Shown here: piece by piece, positions 63,468-64,000 of the stretch
How the letters are laid out: every line of letters starts with the position of its first letter
How positions within the stretch are numbered: the first letter of the stretch is position 1
Source: Octopus sinensis
Lineage: Eukaryota
Assembly: GCF_006345805.1 (NCBI RefSeq)
Contig: NC_043023.1
Span: 16,802,001-16,866,000 of the forward strand
Direction: 5' to 3'
DNA length: 64,000 bases
Position numbers and translations under genes: made by a program
Notes under the pieces: generated by a model
Told to the model about the DNA's origin: nothing
Seen by the model: the letters and a program-made list of their open reading frames with translations, nothing else
Database searches by the model: none

Positions 63468-63671
63468 TAAATAAAATTGTAACTTACCAGACTATATAAG
63501 CGCAGGAGAAGGAGTGGCTGTGTGGTGAGTAGCTTGCTTACCAATCACATGGTTCCGGCTTCAGTCCCACTACGTGGAACCTTAGGCAAGTGTGTCTTCT
63601 ACTATAGCCTCGTGCCGACCAAAGCCTTGTGTGTGGGTTTGGTAGACGGAGGAAACTGAGAGAAGCCGGTC

Positions 63672-63960
<289 letters not shown>

Positions 63961-64000
63961 CAACGGTACACACGAGGTCAGGTCCCCCCAACATCGCTTG

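Overview
Repeat-saturated eukaryotic DNA, very probably octopus (inference from single-exon [16 protein letters not shown]-type C2H2 zinc-finger genes, dense tRNA-derived SINEs and long (TA)n tracts). There are three minus-strand C2H2-ZNF loci: 8475-9746 (13 intact fingers plus 1 degenerate), 23849-25180 (15 fingers) and 41103-42180 (a near-identical copy with three fingers deleted and a 2-bp frameshift). The last two lie in a 17-20 kb tandem duplication (about 21990-39245 vs 39246-58863). The rest is SINEs (at least 4 families), non-autonomous Helitrons, MITE/foldback elements, RTE LINE fragments, a fossil DD37D (maT) transposase, minisatellites and a 100-N gap. The most striking signal is not in the ORF track: about 11 type I hammerhead ribozyme motifs from several unrelated Penelope-like (PLE) families, found by eye on both strands. 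One sits once per unit in a 3 x 445-bp tandem array (15216-16490), locked inside a 49-bp hairpin; this is a candidate retrozyme-like self-cleaving/circular RNA system. All folds and alignments were done by hand, boundaries of repeats are approximate, and no ribozyme activity has been shown.
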